DNA of 64,000 bases, from assembly GCF_036321535.1 (NCBI RefSeq), contig NC_087437.1:40054001-40118000 (forward strand), given 5' to 3'. The notes beneath the pieces were generated by a model that did not search any database, was not told where the DNA came from, and was given only the letters and a program-made list of their open reading frames with translations. Source of the DNA: Camelus dromedarius. Its lineage: Eukaryota. Numbering within the stretch: position 1 is the first letter of the stretch; every line of letters starts with the position of its first letter. Positions 25,461-40,003 of this stretch are shown here, one piece after another. The position numbers and the translations under genes were made by a program.

Positions 25461-27980
25461 ATAATATTCAAATATTTTATTCAAATATTTTTAATTCAAA
25501 AACTTATTGAAATATTTTATTTGAACAATAGAAGTCTGCCACTGTACCTAAAGTTGATAAACCATACATTACCCATTAAAGGAAAAAAGACCCTAAAGAA
25601 TGGTAATTCATTGGCAAACAGGTCAGAATCTGTCAACAAGTTCATCTAAGATTGAAAGAAACTGGGCTATCAATAAATAATTATTGAAAAGTCTTCAAAA
25701 CATTGTCTTTTACTACTCTAAAATTTTAATGATTGCTACTGAGGTGCTGATCAGTAGAGGACAGAATAAAAAAATAATAATCAATGCCTTAATAGAATTT
25801 GAGGAGAAACCTATCTATAAGAGTGTGTCCATCTCTCTGCACTATTCTAATATTTGATTTTATTCTTGGGGCCTCTCATCTATAAAGGTTGGTCGTGATA
25901 GTAGAGGCCTTACAGAGGGCGTAGGACTGAAGAGGAGGATTTCACTGAAGATTTCAAAGTGCCAGGACAGTACAAACATGGTCTCATGAGACAACACAAC
26001 ACCCCTATGAGGCAGGTAGTCTCATCTCTGTCTTAGAGAAGTGAAGTCATTGTCCAAGGCTGCAGGGCTACTATAAAACCCCCAAAACCTACATTTCTCT
26101 TAAGTCAAGGTTTGCTAAAGCAGAGACAAGATCTAACCTCACCAAAATTGTAAGAAGGGGGTTCCAAGCTTACATCATTCTTCCTGGACCAAAGCAAGCC
26201 CTCAGGAAGTGATCAGACAACTCTGGGGGAAGAAAACTCAAGCGTTCACCTACAGATGCCGTGAAGCTTTTGACCCAACACCTGAAGACCTAGCCGTGAC
26301 ATTCCAGGTCCCACCAGGAGGGAGAAGCTACACTGGGCAAGCAGAAGTCTTCCCATGTAGGAGCCTTGCCCCCAGCAATGCTAAAGGCCACCCTAAGATG
26401 GGAGTTGAGAAAGAGGGAAGAGGGGAAGAAAATGGGAAGAAACCTATTCAGTGATCAAGAAAGCCCCACTTGGTATAAACTCTGGACCAGAGCAAGCTTA
26501 AGGAGTCAAGAGGCCAGTTGCTGAAGTCTAAGGAGGTAGGCTGGAGTTACAGTAATGACAAGAAGCAGGAAAGCACTTAGAGTTATCTCAGTGCATGGTC
26601 GGCTGAGAGAAAATTAATCAGTGTACTGACTGCTCTCTATTTGCATAGGACACAGATCTGGGTGAGTCAGCACTTCTGTGTGACTTTAACCCCATGAAGC
26701 CAACTCCTCACTGATAATGCTGTACCTTCTGTGCTCCTGGGCAGTGGGGAGACTTGGCACTGTTCACCGAAGGTTTCACTGCCTGTCTGTGGCCAGCCTT
26801 TCATTTCCCCTGCAAGTTATTTTATGTGATATATCTGTAACCTGCAATTATGGGGCATTATCATAAGCGTTTGATTCAGAGGAACCTGAGGACCATATTG
26901 GCTAATTCAATACCAATGTGTACGCCATTTTTTTAGCTAACATAGTACTTTCCAATGTATTATCTCATTTGAAACTCCTGCTGATTATGCGAAATAGGTG
27001 AGAAAACTAAGATTGGGAGGCTGTTAACAATTTGTCCAAAGTCTCAAAGCAAGTGACAGAGACAGAATTTGAATCTGAATCTTCTGACAGTATGACATGG
27101 CGCTGAGGTAAGAAATTCAGAAATTAAGAGAGGACAGTTGTGGGAACTGGAAAGAGGAATGCACTGAAATGAAGAAGGTCCACATGACAGCTGTAAAACT
27201 ATTTCAAGGGGAAATGAAGATAGATTAGAATTAAGCTCTCTTTTAATTATACATTTACCAGTGATCTGTCATTGGGAAAGAACTAATACATAGAGTATCA
27301 ATTTTCAGTAAATATAAATGACAAATAAGGCATTTAATGAATTGCAAATGACAGTGTTTCTAAGAGTAGTTATCAATCACGAGTAAGGGCCTTCCCATTT
27401 ATTAATCATATATTTCATTTCAGCAAAGAATCTAACAGAGGATGGCTTAAAAGAGAGTCCAGGGATGGTGCAGATGGTGACTGAGAAGGCAGGCACGAAA
27501 AATAAAACTTGTGCTTTATCCATTTCAAACGTGAAGGAAGGACAAGGAAGGAGGGAAATATTCACGAATGGGATTTAAAAATTGTCAGGTAACTGACAAA
27601 ATGTTGAGTAAACTGCAAATTCATCAATTGGAAGGTGTGTTCTTGGGACAACTAAGAGCAAAGAAAGTGAAAAGGAAAGACTTGGCTGGAGGTAAGTAGC
27701 AGTTCAGAGAAGACAAAGAGAAAAGGATGGAGGGGTGCAAGGGTCACCATGGTTGTGGAGAGGACCAGCGCCTCCACATTGACAAACTGCCCCAGAGAGG
27801 AAGCCCATCAGTTCACGCAGTCTCAGTTGTTTTCCCCACCAGAGTTGTGTCCAAAACAAAGGATGAAAGAAAAAGTACTCTCACACTCCCTTCCTCTACC
27901 TCATCCTGCTGACATATCTCAAAAGTCAGCAAGTGTCTTCAGTCAACTGACTGATTTTAATATCATTATAAAGTCTTACT

Positions 27981-28125
27981 TTTTATTATATTATTTAATT
28001 ATTTTATTTTGGTGAGGGGGGAGGTAATTAGGTTTATTTACTTTTAGAGGAGGTACTGGGGATTGAACCTAGGACCTCGGGCATGCTAAGTATGTGCTCT
28101 ACCACTTAAGCTATACCCTTTGCCC
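27981..28125 (-). mobile_element. tRNA-derived SINE, Vic-1-like (camelid)
   Basis: Reverse complement gives gggtatagcttaagtggtagagcacatacttagcatgcc...ctaggttcaatccccagtacctcc, homologous to the 61.5-kb copy. Degenerate TSD ataaagtcttac (27968-27979) / ataaggccttaa (28126-28137). Confidence 0.88.
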
Positions 28126-30041
28126 ATAAGGCCTTAATAGTTTGCTCTGGGAGTGCTGGTAAACCACCATGCAAAGGATTTAGGGCAGTGTGAAATTATC
28201 AGTGAGCCATAAACCTAATAGCACCTCTCAAAGCTATTCTAGAAGGCGTGGTGCAGGAAACTGGAAAAGAGAGTCAAAGCTGGAAGGGAGAGTAAGGAAT
28301 AGCTACAAATGGTTACTGTAATTGGCCAATCAAATTTTGCCTTTCTTCTAATTGTTAAATCACCCCATTATTTTACCCACTTACATCCCAGGGTGGAAAT
28401 ATCTGCAACCAGCTCTGAAACAAACCAAATTGCCATTTTTCTCAGGAAATCGAAATATTCAAATTCTCATTCAAATCACATTGCATATTTATGAAGCCAG
28501 GGTCTAATTAAATTACCTCAGTCATCAATCTGCTTTTACTAAACTTTCTTTTCACAGAACTACTCACAGAGACGTGTGAATCCCCAAATATGAATGTTTA
28601 AATACTGAACTCTTAGCACAGTGTTTTCTAAACAAATCCTCTTAGGAGCACATCCGGTTTGCTCTGCCTTGCACATCCTCTCCCTCCTACACCCCTCTGT
28701 TTTTCTTCCACATCCTTGCTGCTGCCATCCGGTCTCCCACCTCACGACTCCCATAATCCGAATGGCAGAAAAGTGTGAATGAGCAAAAACCAATTTTGTT
28801 ATTACTACCATTTCCTTCTGCTTACTCTAAAAACAGAAGCTGCCAAAGGGAGAAATAGGTCACATATAAAATTATTAAAAGAATCCTTCATACGAAATCA
28901 TTCCCCAAATGGAAGCTTCCTTCCACCACGACAGCCCTGGCCTAGCGCTGCGCCTTCATCTCCAGGGGGATCTCCTATTTTATCTCCTGTGGCATTTAAG
29001 TAGATCTACAGCAGAAGCAACATTTACTAGGGTGAGAATGAAATGAGTAATTTCTGCATAATGAAAAAGACGGTCCTTCACTAAAGATGCTCCACTCCCA
29101 TAAAATAAGTCACAAAGCTTCCTCTGATAGCAATGGGTCTGTGCAGTCTGGTAGCTGAGCAATCGCTTCCCTGTTCCACACCTCTCATATGGGTGGCCTG
29201 GAAAAAGTTACCCTCATCTTCCTTATTTCAAGCCTCAGCTGCAGAAAAGAATCATTCTATTTTCTCTCATTGACCATATATTTTGCTGCAAAACCCCCTT
29301 TTGCACTGCAGCTTATAATGCTCTTAAAATACACAGATTATCTCAAATATGTGTGCTTCTATAGCCCCACTCCTGAGGCTAGAATATTATACTCTCAGGT
29401 TCCCGGCATTTTATATTTTATATTCATCTTACACTGGCATTATAATCAAAATAAACATTCAAAAGCTCTTATGAAAACATGGCTTTATTCTCTTTTTCAA
29501 ACGACTGAACCACCTTATCCCTTTACACCTGGTTCGAAGAAAATTCTGAAAATCAGAAAATGTGAGGGCTCGTTTTGAAAGAAAAAACAAAGGGGGCAAT
29601 TAGATTCATCATCATCGAAATAAGCGGCAGAATCCAAATGAAATTCCTCAGAGGATTTGGGAAACATGGTTAATAAGTTTGAAATACACAACTTAAATTA
29701 AACTGAAAGAGGGTCCCTCAAGTATCCAAAGATCTACACAAAAACACATCTTATAAATACACACTTATGCCTTGTTGCTGGTTTAATCCTGTTTTTCAGT
29801 AAAGCCATTCTCCTTCTACAAGTACACACAAACATCTATGTTTCTTAACATGGTCTGTTTTGGTGTCCATCCCACTGAGCTCAGCGAAACCTCCAAAACC
29901 ATTGGACACATTGAGCCAATGTGCACTCAGGTGCAACTGAACATACCTGGACCATCCAACAACATCCACACGTTTATTTAATGTATCTTCCTGTATATGG
30001 AAGTGAGTGACTGATAGCATTGATTAAAACCAGCCAGGCAT

Positions 30042-30555
30042 CCAGTCATCTGTCGACGGACATTTAGGTTGTTTCCATAAATTCTACTCAGCCATAAAAA
30101 ATAATAAAATAATGCCATTTGCAGCAACATGGATGGACTAGAGATCATCATTCTAAGTGAAGTAAGCCAGTAAGAGAAAAATACCACATGATATCACTTA
30201 TATGTGGAATCTAAAAAAAAAAAAAAAAAAAGACAAACAAACTTATTTAGAAAACAGAAACAGACTCACAGACATAGAAAACAAATTTATGGTTACCAGT
30301 GGGGGAATGGGGTGGGACAGGATAAATTGGAAGTTTGAGATTTGTAGATACTAACTCATATACATAAAATAGATAAACAACAAGTTCTTACTGTAAAGCA
30401 CAGGAAACTATGTTCAGTATCTTGTAGTAAGGTATGGTGAAGAAGAATATGAAAATAAATATATGTATGCTCATGTATGACTGAAGCATTATGCTGTACA
30501 CCAGAAATTGACACAACATTGTAAACTGACTATACTCCAATAAAAAAATTTTTTT
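30042..30555 (+). mobile_element. 5'-truncated L1 with 5' inversion (ORF2 end + 3' UTR)
   Basis: tactcagccataaaa...gcagcaacatggatggac L1 ORF2 C-terminus and 3' UTR ending in AATAAA. Inverted 30042-30079 segment encodes WKQPKCPSTDDW on the minus strand. 15-bp TSD aaaccagccaggcat at 30027-30041 and 30556-30570. Confidence 0.92.
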
Positions 30556-32114
30556 AAACCAGCCAGGCATAAGGGTCACTGGCCTTCAACATCCAAATTC
30601 TTAAAATATAGCACAATACCTACCTGAAAGCATACTCTGCTTTTTTAACATTTCTGAGTAGAGACATCTATTTTTTCACAATTCATGTTTCTGTTTTCCC
30701 TCCCAGCCTACTCTGGAATTGGATTCCAGCACTCTCTTTGCATGGGAAGGTTGGTAGAAGCATTTGTGTCTGGGATTCTAGAAAACCAAAAGACCAAAGA
30801 GACTAGCAATCTGGAAATGCTCTCTCACAAAGCAGCTGCTGATTCTGTCTCTGTTCAGGTTGTTTCTGTTGTTGTTTTTTAAATTGAAAAACATTATTGT
30901 CTCCTCAGAAATGGCTACCAGATCAAAACGGTCAAAAAGATGTCAGTGCTCCTGGACTCTCAAAAGATCATCCATTCTCTGTGATGAAGTCTCGCTAACA
31001 ATGGCCATTCACAACTAGAAAGCTCTCATGTGTTACTGCTACAAAGGCCAGAAACTACAGGCAGAAAGCAAGTTCATGGAGCTAAATGCTAAGAGAATAT
31101 TCTCAGATTCCAATTCTGTACCTGTGAAAACTGAAAGGAAGCCATATATTAAGATGTACGCAGACCTGGCATCACCCCCAAAGGTAGCATTTGGAGCCAC
31201 CTTACTATCGCTGCTATCTCCCTAATTCTTTAATCAAAATGACCTCCTTCTTCCCAGTTTCTTATATCCAGGACTCACTGCTCCCCACTGCCTAAGCCCC
31301 ACCCCCAGAGATTCTGATGTAATTGGTTTGGGGTGGATCCCAGACACTGGTATATTTAAGCTCTCCAAGTAATTCTATGTGGCCATATTTGAATCATTGT
31401 ATCATCTCTTAACTCGTCCACTGCCCTCTCCCCCAACATAGAAAGCAAACCAAAAAAAAAAAAAAATAGGGCTAGAACTGAGATCTTATTAGCCTTCTTT
31501 TTATTTAAATCTCACAGATTATTCAATGATGCAACTAGCCAAATACCTCATTGCAAGGTCCAAGTAATCTGGATATTAAAACAAAGCTGAGGATGGGTGA
31601 ATGGGACTTAGTTTCAGATGCTGTGCACAAAGGAAAAAACTCATAAAGTTGTGGCTTGCTTTTCTTGCCTTAAAAATACGCTGCTGACCTTGGGCAAATT
31701 TACAGCAACAGTGCATTGTTCAGAAAATGGGAACCTGAATCCAGCACCATCACTGGTAAGTTGTAAAGTGTAATTAGCTTGTGATTTCAGGCAATGAAGT
31801 AATGAAATCTCTCCTGATTCATCCATTCAACAAAGATTTGTAGAGTTCTCTAAAGAAAACTAAAAACAGAAAGTGATGTAAAACCATACTGCAGACAACT
31901 CTGGGAAGAAAGTATAAGACAAAGAGACAACCAGCCCTTGTCACAGAGAAGATTACTCATATAAACTGTGGCAAAATTTCTGTTTACTAGGAGTTGTATG
32001 AAATCACTTCTTTAAATTAAGGTGTCCTCTATCCAAAATCTTATTACTGTTTATGAGCTCTGGAATGCTCAAGCACTGTAATGTTCCACTTTTATTTCTG
32101 GATGAAAAAAATAA

Positions 32115-32470
32115 GGCAGTGGAGTCTTCGGATTAAGTTCTCAGGCTTTGGTATAAAGCAAATCCAGGCTGGACCTAGCTCTGCACTTGAGAGGACTAGG
32201 GTGAATGACTCACATGTCCCCAGTGCCCTCATCTCAGAACCAAGAGAACAGTAACCTCTACCTCACAGAGGTGTGAGAATTAACCTCACAACCCATGTAT
32301 GCTCAATAATCTTCACTAGTATTATTACTAATTGTTGTCGTAAATTATCTCTATTTTACAGATGAAGAAACTGAGGCACAGAGAGGCTAAATAGTTTGTC
32401 CATGACCACACAGCTTGGTAACAGTAGAGCCAAAATGCCAGCCTAAACAATGTGGCTCCAGAGTCTACCT
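32115..32470. mobile_element. Two MIRs in opposite orientation (+ ~32115-32330; - ~32340-32470)
   Basis: ctacctcacagaggtgtgagaatta (+) followed by attttacagatgaagaaactgaggcacagagagg (-). Confidence 0.7.
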
Positions 32471-34279
32471 TAAGATAATCCCTCCCTAGCATTTTTAATG
32501 TTCTATAATTTTTAGAATTTTTAATAGCACATTAAATTTACACAGCTTATTACAGCTTATAAAAGTTTACCCATATGTCATCTTATTTAAACATTACTTG
32601 TCTGGAGGAAGCCAAAGCAGAGGAAGTTATTGTTCCTATCTAATACTTGAGGACATTGAGCCCTGACCAAGGACACTGGGTTGATGAGTAGCAAAGTTGG
32701 GATTCAAACTATGTCCTGACTCCCTGGCCAGCATCACTCACCAGAAATGACCATGGTACCCAAAATATTCGGAACTTTCGAGATGATCACACCTAAAAAG
32801 AAAATAAGAACTTATCTTCGAAGTAGATAGAGCTTAAAATGATGCAGAAAGCATTTTTCTCTTAGGAAGATTATTCCTAATGTCAAGTCTACATAATGAG
32901 ATGTTATGATATCATCCAGGCAAATCACACAGAAGACATAGAAGGAAATAAATGGTCATGTTCCACACACCCTGGAAGCAGTCTACAAGTCCTGGCCAAT
33001 GCCACAGATTCACTTGGAAAGTTTCCTAAGGTGCAGCTCATTGTATTAGGTATCAGAATATTTTCTTTTCTTGAGAGTAAAACCTTGGTGACTAAGAGAT
33101 TACTATCACTCAAGGACAGGAGAAGAGATCCAATACACAGATCATGAGCTCTTTGAAAGCCCTGGATGCATAATGCTTTTTACCTTGACATTTCCCATCC
33201 TCTTCAGATTCACCCACCCAGTATTTTTAGGTTAAAGAAACAAAGATATGATGCTTCTTCACGAGTCAAACATCTATGCTGGTGTTTTAATGTCACAGCA
33301 TTATCAACAGGATGCTGAAATTACTAGCATCTTACACATTTAGGCAAATGGGGAGTTTGCTAAGGATTTCAAACTGTGTCCAGCACTAAGGATGTTGGAT
33401 GCACTGACTTCCCTGCCAAGCCTAGTGGCTAGAACATTAGCTAGGACACATACACACAGCACAGCAAGCTGTTTAGCAAAGAGAATTGGAAAAGAGAATC
33501 GTACTTTTTATTCTTACTTCTGTTTTACAAACAAGAAAATCACACGCCAACCTGAGAGATGAGCCAGTTCTCTGTGCTCCTGTCAGTCTTTCGGTAGCAC
33601 TATCTTCTACTGGATTAAAAACTGAGCCTAAAAGCAAGATGCACAGTTTGAAACCATGCAGACTTCAATCTGGGCATCAGATCTTCACTCTCAGACAGAG
33701 CTACAAGTGGACAGGATTTGGAAGAAACTCTTGGAGAGCCTCCAAAATGAACTTCATCTTGAACTGTGATTGGAAGGGTCGCTCTAGCTGCACAAGGGAT
33801 GAAATACACTAAAACCAGTGAGTGTGGGAACTGTATTTTGAGCAGGTGCAGACACAAGACTGTGGAACATACACCTCAGTCACACTCTGTATCTTACCCC
33901 ATTACTGCAATCAGCGTTTCCCTAACCACAGACAAATGTGATGGGTGGACCTTTCGGGAAACATTTAATTGCCCATCCAGTATACAAATATCCTCCATGC
34001 TAAGCATTTGAAGGCTCTGAAGATAAATTTAGAAGTATGTCTTAAAATGCATTATACACATGCAAAATTTTAACCCTCAAATTTGAAACATGTATTTTTT
34101 TTTTCTGAGCTTAGAGGAATATTGGTTAAAGAATTTTTTTCCAGGACAGATGTGAAACAGGGTATGCCATCAGTCATACTGTCCAAATCATCATGACTCA
34201 ACAAAAGTAGGGCTTTTCCCCTTGAGTTTGCACTTAGCCCATGATACTGAAAACATGTGTTCATGGGTTCTGTTGCTCC

Positions 34280-34405
34280 CAATAGTCTGTAATTCCTCAA
34301 GGGCAGGAAACCGATTTTATTTCTCCTTGTATGTGCCCAACACAGTGCTAGGCTCAGGATGTTAAATAGGTATTCAATAAATATTTGTTTAACTGGACTG
34401 AATTA
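34280..34405 (+). mobile_element. L2 3' end
   Basis: ctgtaattcctcaagggcagg...acagtgct...tcaataaatatttgtt. Confidence 0.65.
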
Positions 34406-36634
34406 TGTGTCCAGAAACCTAATTTGCTCTCTGATGCTTCTACTAACCTAGTGTTCAGAAATCAAACTCAAAATTCCCACTTCCTCCATCTATAAAGGAA
34501 GATACACAAAAACCTGTGTGCTGGCTCCAAGGCTGTGGAACCAGCAACAGGCACACGTGGTATCCGTAAGTGCACTCGACAAGATGAAACCCATTACAGC
34601 ACTTTTACACCTGGTCTGCTTCTGCTCTAGAGAACAAGGCAGGTTGAATATGCCTGTCATTCTCTAAGGGACAATGTGCTGCACCTCAAACACTTAATAA
34701 ACATCTCCTCACATTGCTCTCTGTCAGAGTTAGCTCCTCAGGGAGGTCTTCTCTGACCACCCTTCTAAAATAAGTCCATTGGGTGCTCTCTAGTAAGTTA
34801 CCCTACTTTGTCTTCTTCATGGCAAAGTCAACATCTGGAAATATATGACCATACACATCTATTTCCCTCAGAATGGGATCTCCCCGTGGGCAGGGGCCTA
34901 GCCTCTGTGTGTGTGTGTGTGTGTGTGTACTGCCACCTTCCCTTCACCTAGAATTACAGGTGCTTGATAAACTGTTGTTGACTGAATGGGTAAGTGATAG
35001 TCACCAACAGCAAGTATTTATAAGGACCTGGTTTTGTTTTCAAGTATCTTGAATGAAAACCGTAGCATTAATGCGTAACTAATTCAGTGAGGCAAGCAAT
35101 GACCCCTGCATCTGACAGGTATGAAGAGAAATGAAATATGCTATTATTTTCAGGTGGAAGACCCCCAAATGCTAGGAATGGCACTGCAGCTTATTGGCTG
35201 TGTGGCTTCACAATGTTAACAAAATATGTGGAGAAGAGTCAGGCATAGGATTCAGTATTCCAGGCTCATGAAACCACACTGTAGTCACTGATAGCCAGCA
35301 ACAGGCATACAGTGATCTTTGTCTCGGTTAATAAACCACTGTCAGGGGTATATGTATGTCTATCAAATGCTGACATTCAACATTTTCTAGAAAGTGAATG
35401 TTTCCAGGATTTTGTTCATCATGCCTTATATATACTAGGCACTCAATAACAATTTATTGACTCGATTTGATTGAGCTCATTTAAAATATGCTTTGAAAAT
35501 GTTAACAAGAGTAATGTCCCATGGAGCAACTTTTAAGCATCCATGAAAAAAATTTGAATTTGGAACAAATACTTTAAGGTATCAAAATTGCAAAGTAAAT
35601 TATTTCTTAAAAAGATTTAGATGACTAAATTTTGATTCCTTTAATGGTGCCTTTTCAAATCCAATCTAAAATATCTAGTGTGTTTTTAATCTAACACAAT
35701 CCAATAAGTTTTAATAAGCAAAGTTGTTTCCGCTAGAACCCAAACCCAGCTATTCCATTTGTGTAACCTTCTGTGTAAAGGAATGGGCTGAAATAACTTT
35801 TTCTGAATTTTTTATATTTAATCAACAACATCATTGCCAAAGAAAACCACTTTTCAGAAGTCTCTCTATCCTGGTTTATAACTTATAATCAAAAACTGGA
35901 ATTTTGCATCTGATGGGCTTTCGTGTGTAACATTATACTGTCATATTTTTGATGCTATAGTTAAAAGTAAGAGATAGTTTCCATTATAAAAGTGTTCCCA
36001 TAGCCTGGTTACCCAGTGAAAAACATTTTCCTATAAAAATGGTCTTTCCAATTCATAGGTTAGAAATTATTGTGAGTAATTTTTTTAAAGAACATCAAAA
36101 ACTTTTGATCAGCTGCATTTATCTAGTCACATCAGTTAGCTTAAGCTGTAGATACAGGATACGAGCGTGTGATAACATATGTGCAAACAAAGAAATCACA
36201 ATTTAAAGACAAAAACAAAAACTGGAGATTTGAAACCCTGACAACTTAACTTATCCTTATCCAGTTAGGGGTATATGGATTCATTTCAACTACAGCCTGT
36301 TCTGAGCTGCTGGAGAAAATGGAAATGGGGCATAAATATGAGTTCCAGAATAATCCAGGAGGCTTGAAATATCACTGATATATCACAGAAGATCTTACAA
36401 AGATGGACCTTAGCTCTGGGCTTCGACCCTTGGACCTCCAGGGGGTAAAGATGCTTGGAAATTTGATCTGTCCTGACAGGGTTAGCCAGCCCTCCATGAC
36501 CTTCCCAAAGCCCCACTGTGTCCATGGCTCCAAAGCTAGCATACTTCACCCTGAACTGTGAGCTTCCTTTAATTGTACATTTCACTTTCATTTTCCCTTA
36601 GAGTCCTGGTTTGGGGAACTTCTCTGTCCTGTTC

Positions 36635-37030
36635 TGAAAACTGGAAACTACCCAAATGTCATCCATAGGGTACTGGTTCAGTAAAAATGTGTCTCATCCA
36701 AACGATGGGAGCTCTGCTGCCTTTAAAAGAATGGGTTACATTGATACATACTGATGGGGGAAGGGTCTGAAGCATATTATTAAGTTTTAAAAAAGGAAAA
36801 AGCAAGTTGCCATAAAAAGTTATAAATTTATACGTGTGTGTGTGTGTGCTAATAGATGCATGGAGGAAAAACCTGCAGGACTTTACACTGAACAATGAAT
36901 AGTAGTCATCTGTAGGCAGTGTGTGACGAAAGAGGGTGGACTATAAAAAACTTTCATTTTCTATATGATAATTCTTACAGTTTTTAAATTATTAGAAAAA
37001 GTATGAATTTTGTAGTCAGAAAAAATATTT
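36635..37030 (+). mobile_element. Old L1M-type 3' fragment
   Basis: aactggaaactacccaaatgtc...ctgcctttaaaagaatg resembles a degraded L1M ORF2 end/3' UTR. Confidence 0.6.
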
Positions 37031-37104
37031 CTAAGATAGTGAAAAAATATTTATAAAGACTTTAAGACATTATATGACAAACATACTAGGGTGCAGCAAG
37101 TCTG

Positions 37105-37262
37105 GTTGACATGAGTGAACCTTGGCTGGAATTTAGAAGTCCATGAACCACTGAAATTATATGAAAACTTTTATGCATATTTGCGTTTTCTGGAGAGAGA
37201 TTTCATACATTTTATCAGATTCTTGCAGGTGTCTGAGACTCAAAACAAAGTCACAAACTGTG
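37105..37262. mobile_element. hAT-Charlie-type MITE fragment
   Basis: gtccatgaaccactgaaattatatgaaaac...ttttctggagagaga...atcagattct; subfamily uncertain. Confidence 0.55.
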
Positions 37263-38759
37263 ACCTTACCAGGAACCACGATAGTTGCTCCATCCCTCCA
37301 TTTTTATAATCATTTTATCATGAAACATTTTATTACTACTTAATTTCCTAGTTCCTGCCCAAGGTGAAGTCTATAATCAGCACCAAAGTATAAAACTGTG
37401 GTTCTTAGTCTGTGCCCTCATTTAAAGGCGCTCCCAATGCCTCAAAAGCAGTTTCTAAGAGCAGGGGAAAAAGTCATACCAGGCTGGTCTTGGGAGAAGA
37501 AAACTTCTAACAGGAATTGAAACCCTGCAATCATTCAAGGCTTAAGGACAGTTGTCCAAGGCACAAATATCCCTGATTTCTCCACAGAAATGAGAGATTT
37601 GTGGGATGGTGGGTGAGGGAGTAGGGTGTGGGGATTCACGAGGAGGAAGAAGACATGGTTGTATTTGAATTAAGATAGCCCCATTGGGTAGGTGGGATTA
37701 AGTGGATCAGTTAAACAAGATTTAACATACATCATCATTTTGTCAGCCTTAAATTGAAAGAGACTTCAATTATAAATATACATTAAAATATACAGCAAAA
37801 TTCTTGTTCCTATGCTCTATATTACTACTGTCTAAATTGGGGTTTGAATTTATGTAAAAAATTGGCTTCTGATGACCTTTGTGAAGCTGACTAGACCCCT
37901 AATCCCTAGGATTTACATGATTCCAAAAACTGTTTCACAATCTCTACCCTGAGTCCACTGACAGTCTCTGGAATCACGTCCAGTACCGAGTTTCCATAAA
38001 CCTTAAGATCAAGTGTAGATCAATAACAATGTGCAATTTAAGTGAGAAGCCATGGGTTATACCTGCACTGGCAAAATGAGGAGCATTATTGGTGAAAATT
38101 AGGAACAATACTCTACTTTCCAAATGTGCTTTCCAGGTGGTTTATCACTGTCAAAATAGGCCAATTGTGGATTTAGTATGCAATTAAAGTGTCAGATATT
38201 CCAGAGTTCTAGCGCTGACATTACCTGACTGCACAGGTTTTACAGGCAAAGAAATTGAAGGGGTTCACATAACCCACCAAAGCCCATCGCTAACCACCAT
38301 CACCTAATTGTACTGATATCTGCCACATGCAAAGCACAGAAGAACCACACACTGTACAAAACAGAAATGGACTGTTCAGGAGTTTTACAGTTTAGCTAGA
38401 AAAATAAGATATATTTAGTAAAAACAAGGAATTTATCATAAAATACCCAAATGATGGTAGGTAAAAATAATTCCATACTATCAGAATGAAAAGACATAGA
38501 TAAATCATTTCTCCCTCCAGAAGTGATAAGGATGAACCTCACAAAGAGGGCAGGGTTTAAACTAAATCTTAAAGAAGGAGTTAGATGTTGATGGTCAAAG
38601 TATGGGTAGGTTTACAGACTGCAGCAACATCATGGCCAAAGGTGGGAAGATGGAAACACAAGGCTAGGCTGACAAGAGAGTAAGAGAAGCAGACTGATTA
38701 AACTAGTCAGGTCTAATGGACTAACTAGGACAGACAGACAAATTAGCCTGAAAATTGTA

Positions 38760-38985
38760 TAAACTAACAATGAACATGGGTTGAGCTCTTACTGTATTTA
38801 AGGTGCTTTAAATGCATTAGTTCATCAAATCCTCACATGAGCTAAGTATCTTTAGTCTATAATTAAGGAAACTGTGGCACAGAGAGATTACATGGCTTGC
38901 CTTCATTTCACCCAGCTAGTAAATAGTGGAGTCAGGTTTCAAACCCAGGCCAATCTAACTCAGAACCTGGGCTCAGAATCACCAT
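38760..38985 (-). mobile_element. MIR SINE
   Basis: aggaaactgtggcacagagagatta...cagctagtaaatagtggagtcaggtttcaaacccaggc. Confidence 0.8.
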
Positions 38986-40003
38986 CTGAGTCAAGAGTGG
39001 GAGGCCCTCAAAGGCCAGGCTAAAGAATCTGGGCTTCAGTGTCAGGTGTAAAAACTGGGAGCGAGGTATCTCCATAACCCACAGATAATGCTTTATAAGC
39101 ACGATTTATCTGATGATTTTTCCAACAATGTTAACTGAAAGTAACAAGTATTCATTGACCAGTCCCTGGACTCTAGTACTGATTTAGATATTATAAAGTT
39201 CTTAGCTCAGACTTTATTGGGAGAATCTGTTATATCAGTATTTCATCACCATACTTTGCGCTTTTAGTCTCCAGGACTTAATTTTATGTATTATTCACCT
39301 ACCACTTCTGCTAGAAATACAAATCATGACAATAAACAGAATAATGTATGTTTATTTTCAAGTGTTTCCTGAACATAAATAACCTTCCTGCAAGGATAGC
39401 CCCATGTTGTCAAATAATACATCCATCCCTTAAAAACTAATTTCTCCATCTTAGGTTCATGTCTTAAAAATCAGTTGGGTTCTTCAGTTACAGGACATGA
39501 CATCTGGACCCTCCTAGGGAGCAGAGGTGAACTTTTCCTCTGTTATACCCACAGAAGCCAAATGACTTCTTCTCCTACTGTGGAAAACTACAGAAGACTG
39601 TCTCTTAATGTTTTACTGCCCAACCCCCAGCCCACAAATCAAAGAATTGGGTTGAGTGAGAAATAAGGAAGAATGGTGGCCAGTGGCCATGAGATGGGGA
39701 GTGAGTGTTTCAGTTTATTTTCTTAAGCCAATTAATGATGAAGCAGCATGGAGGGAAAGAAAGACACAACAGGGCCGTGAAAGACTTTTTTCCAGATAAA
39801 TGGCCAGATATCAGATTCTGTAATAAGTACTTCCACCTATCAAAACACACACACACCACACACCACACACACACACACACACACATTAACTTTGGGGGGG
39901 AGGAGGAAGATATAGATCTTAAAAATACAAGGTAATATTCAGGAAGCCTTGTGGATATCATAAAATGTTGGAACTTTGAAGGACTTTTGGAAATCATTTA
40001 GTC

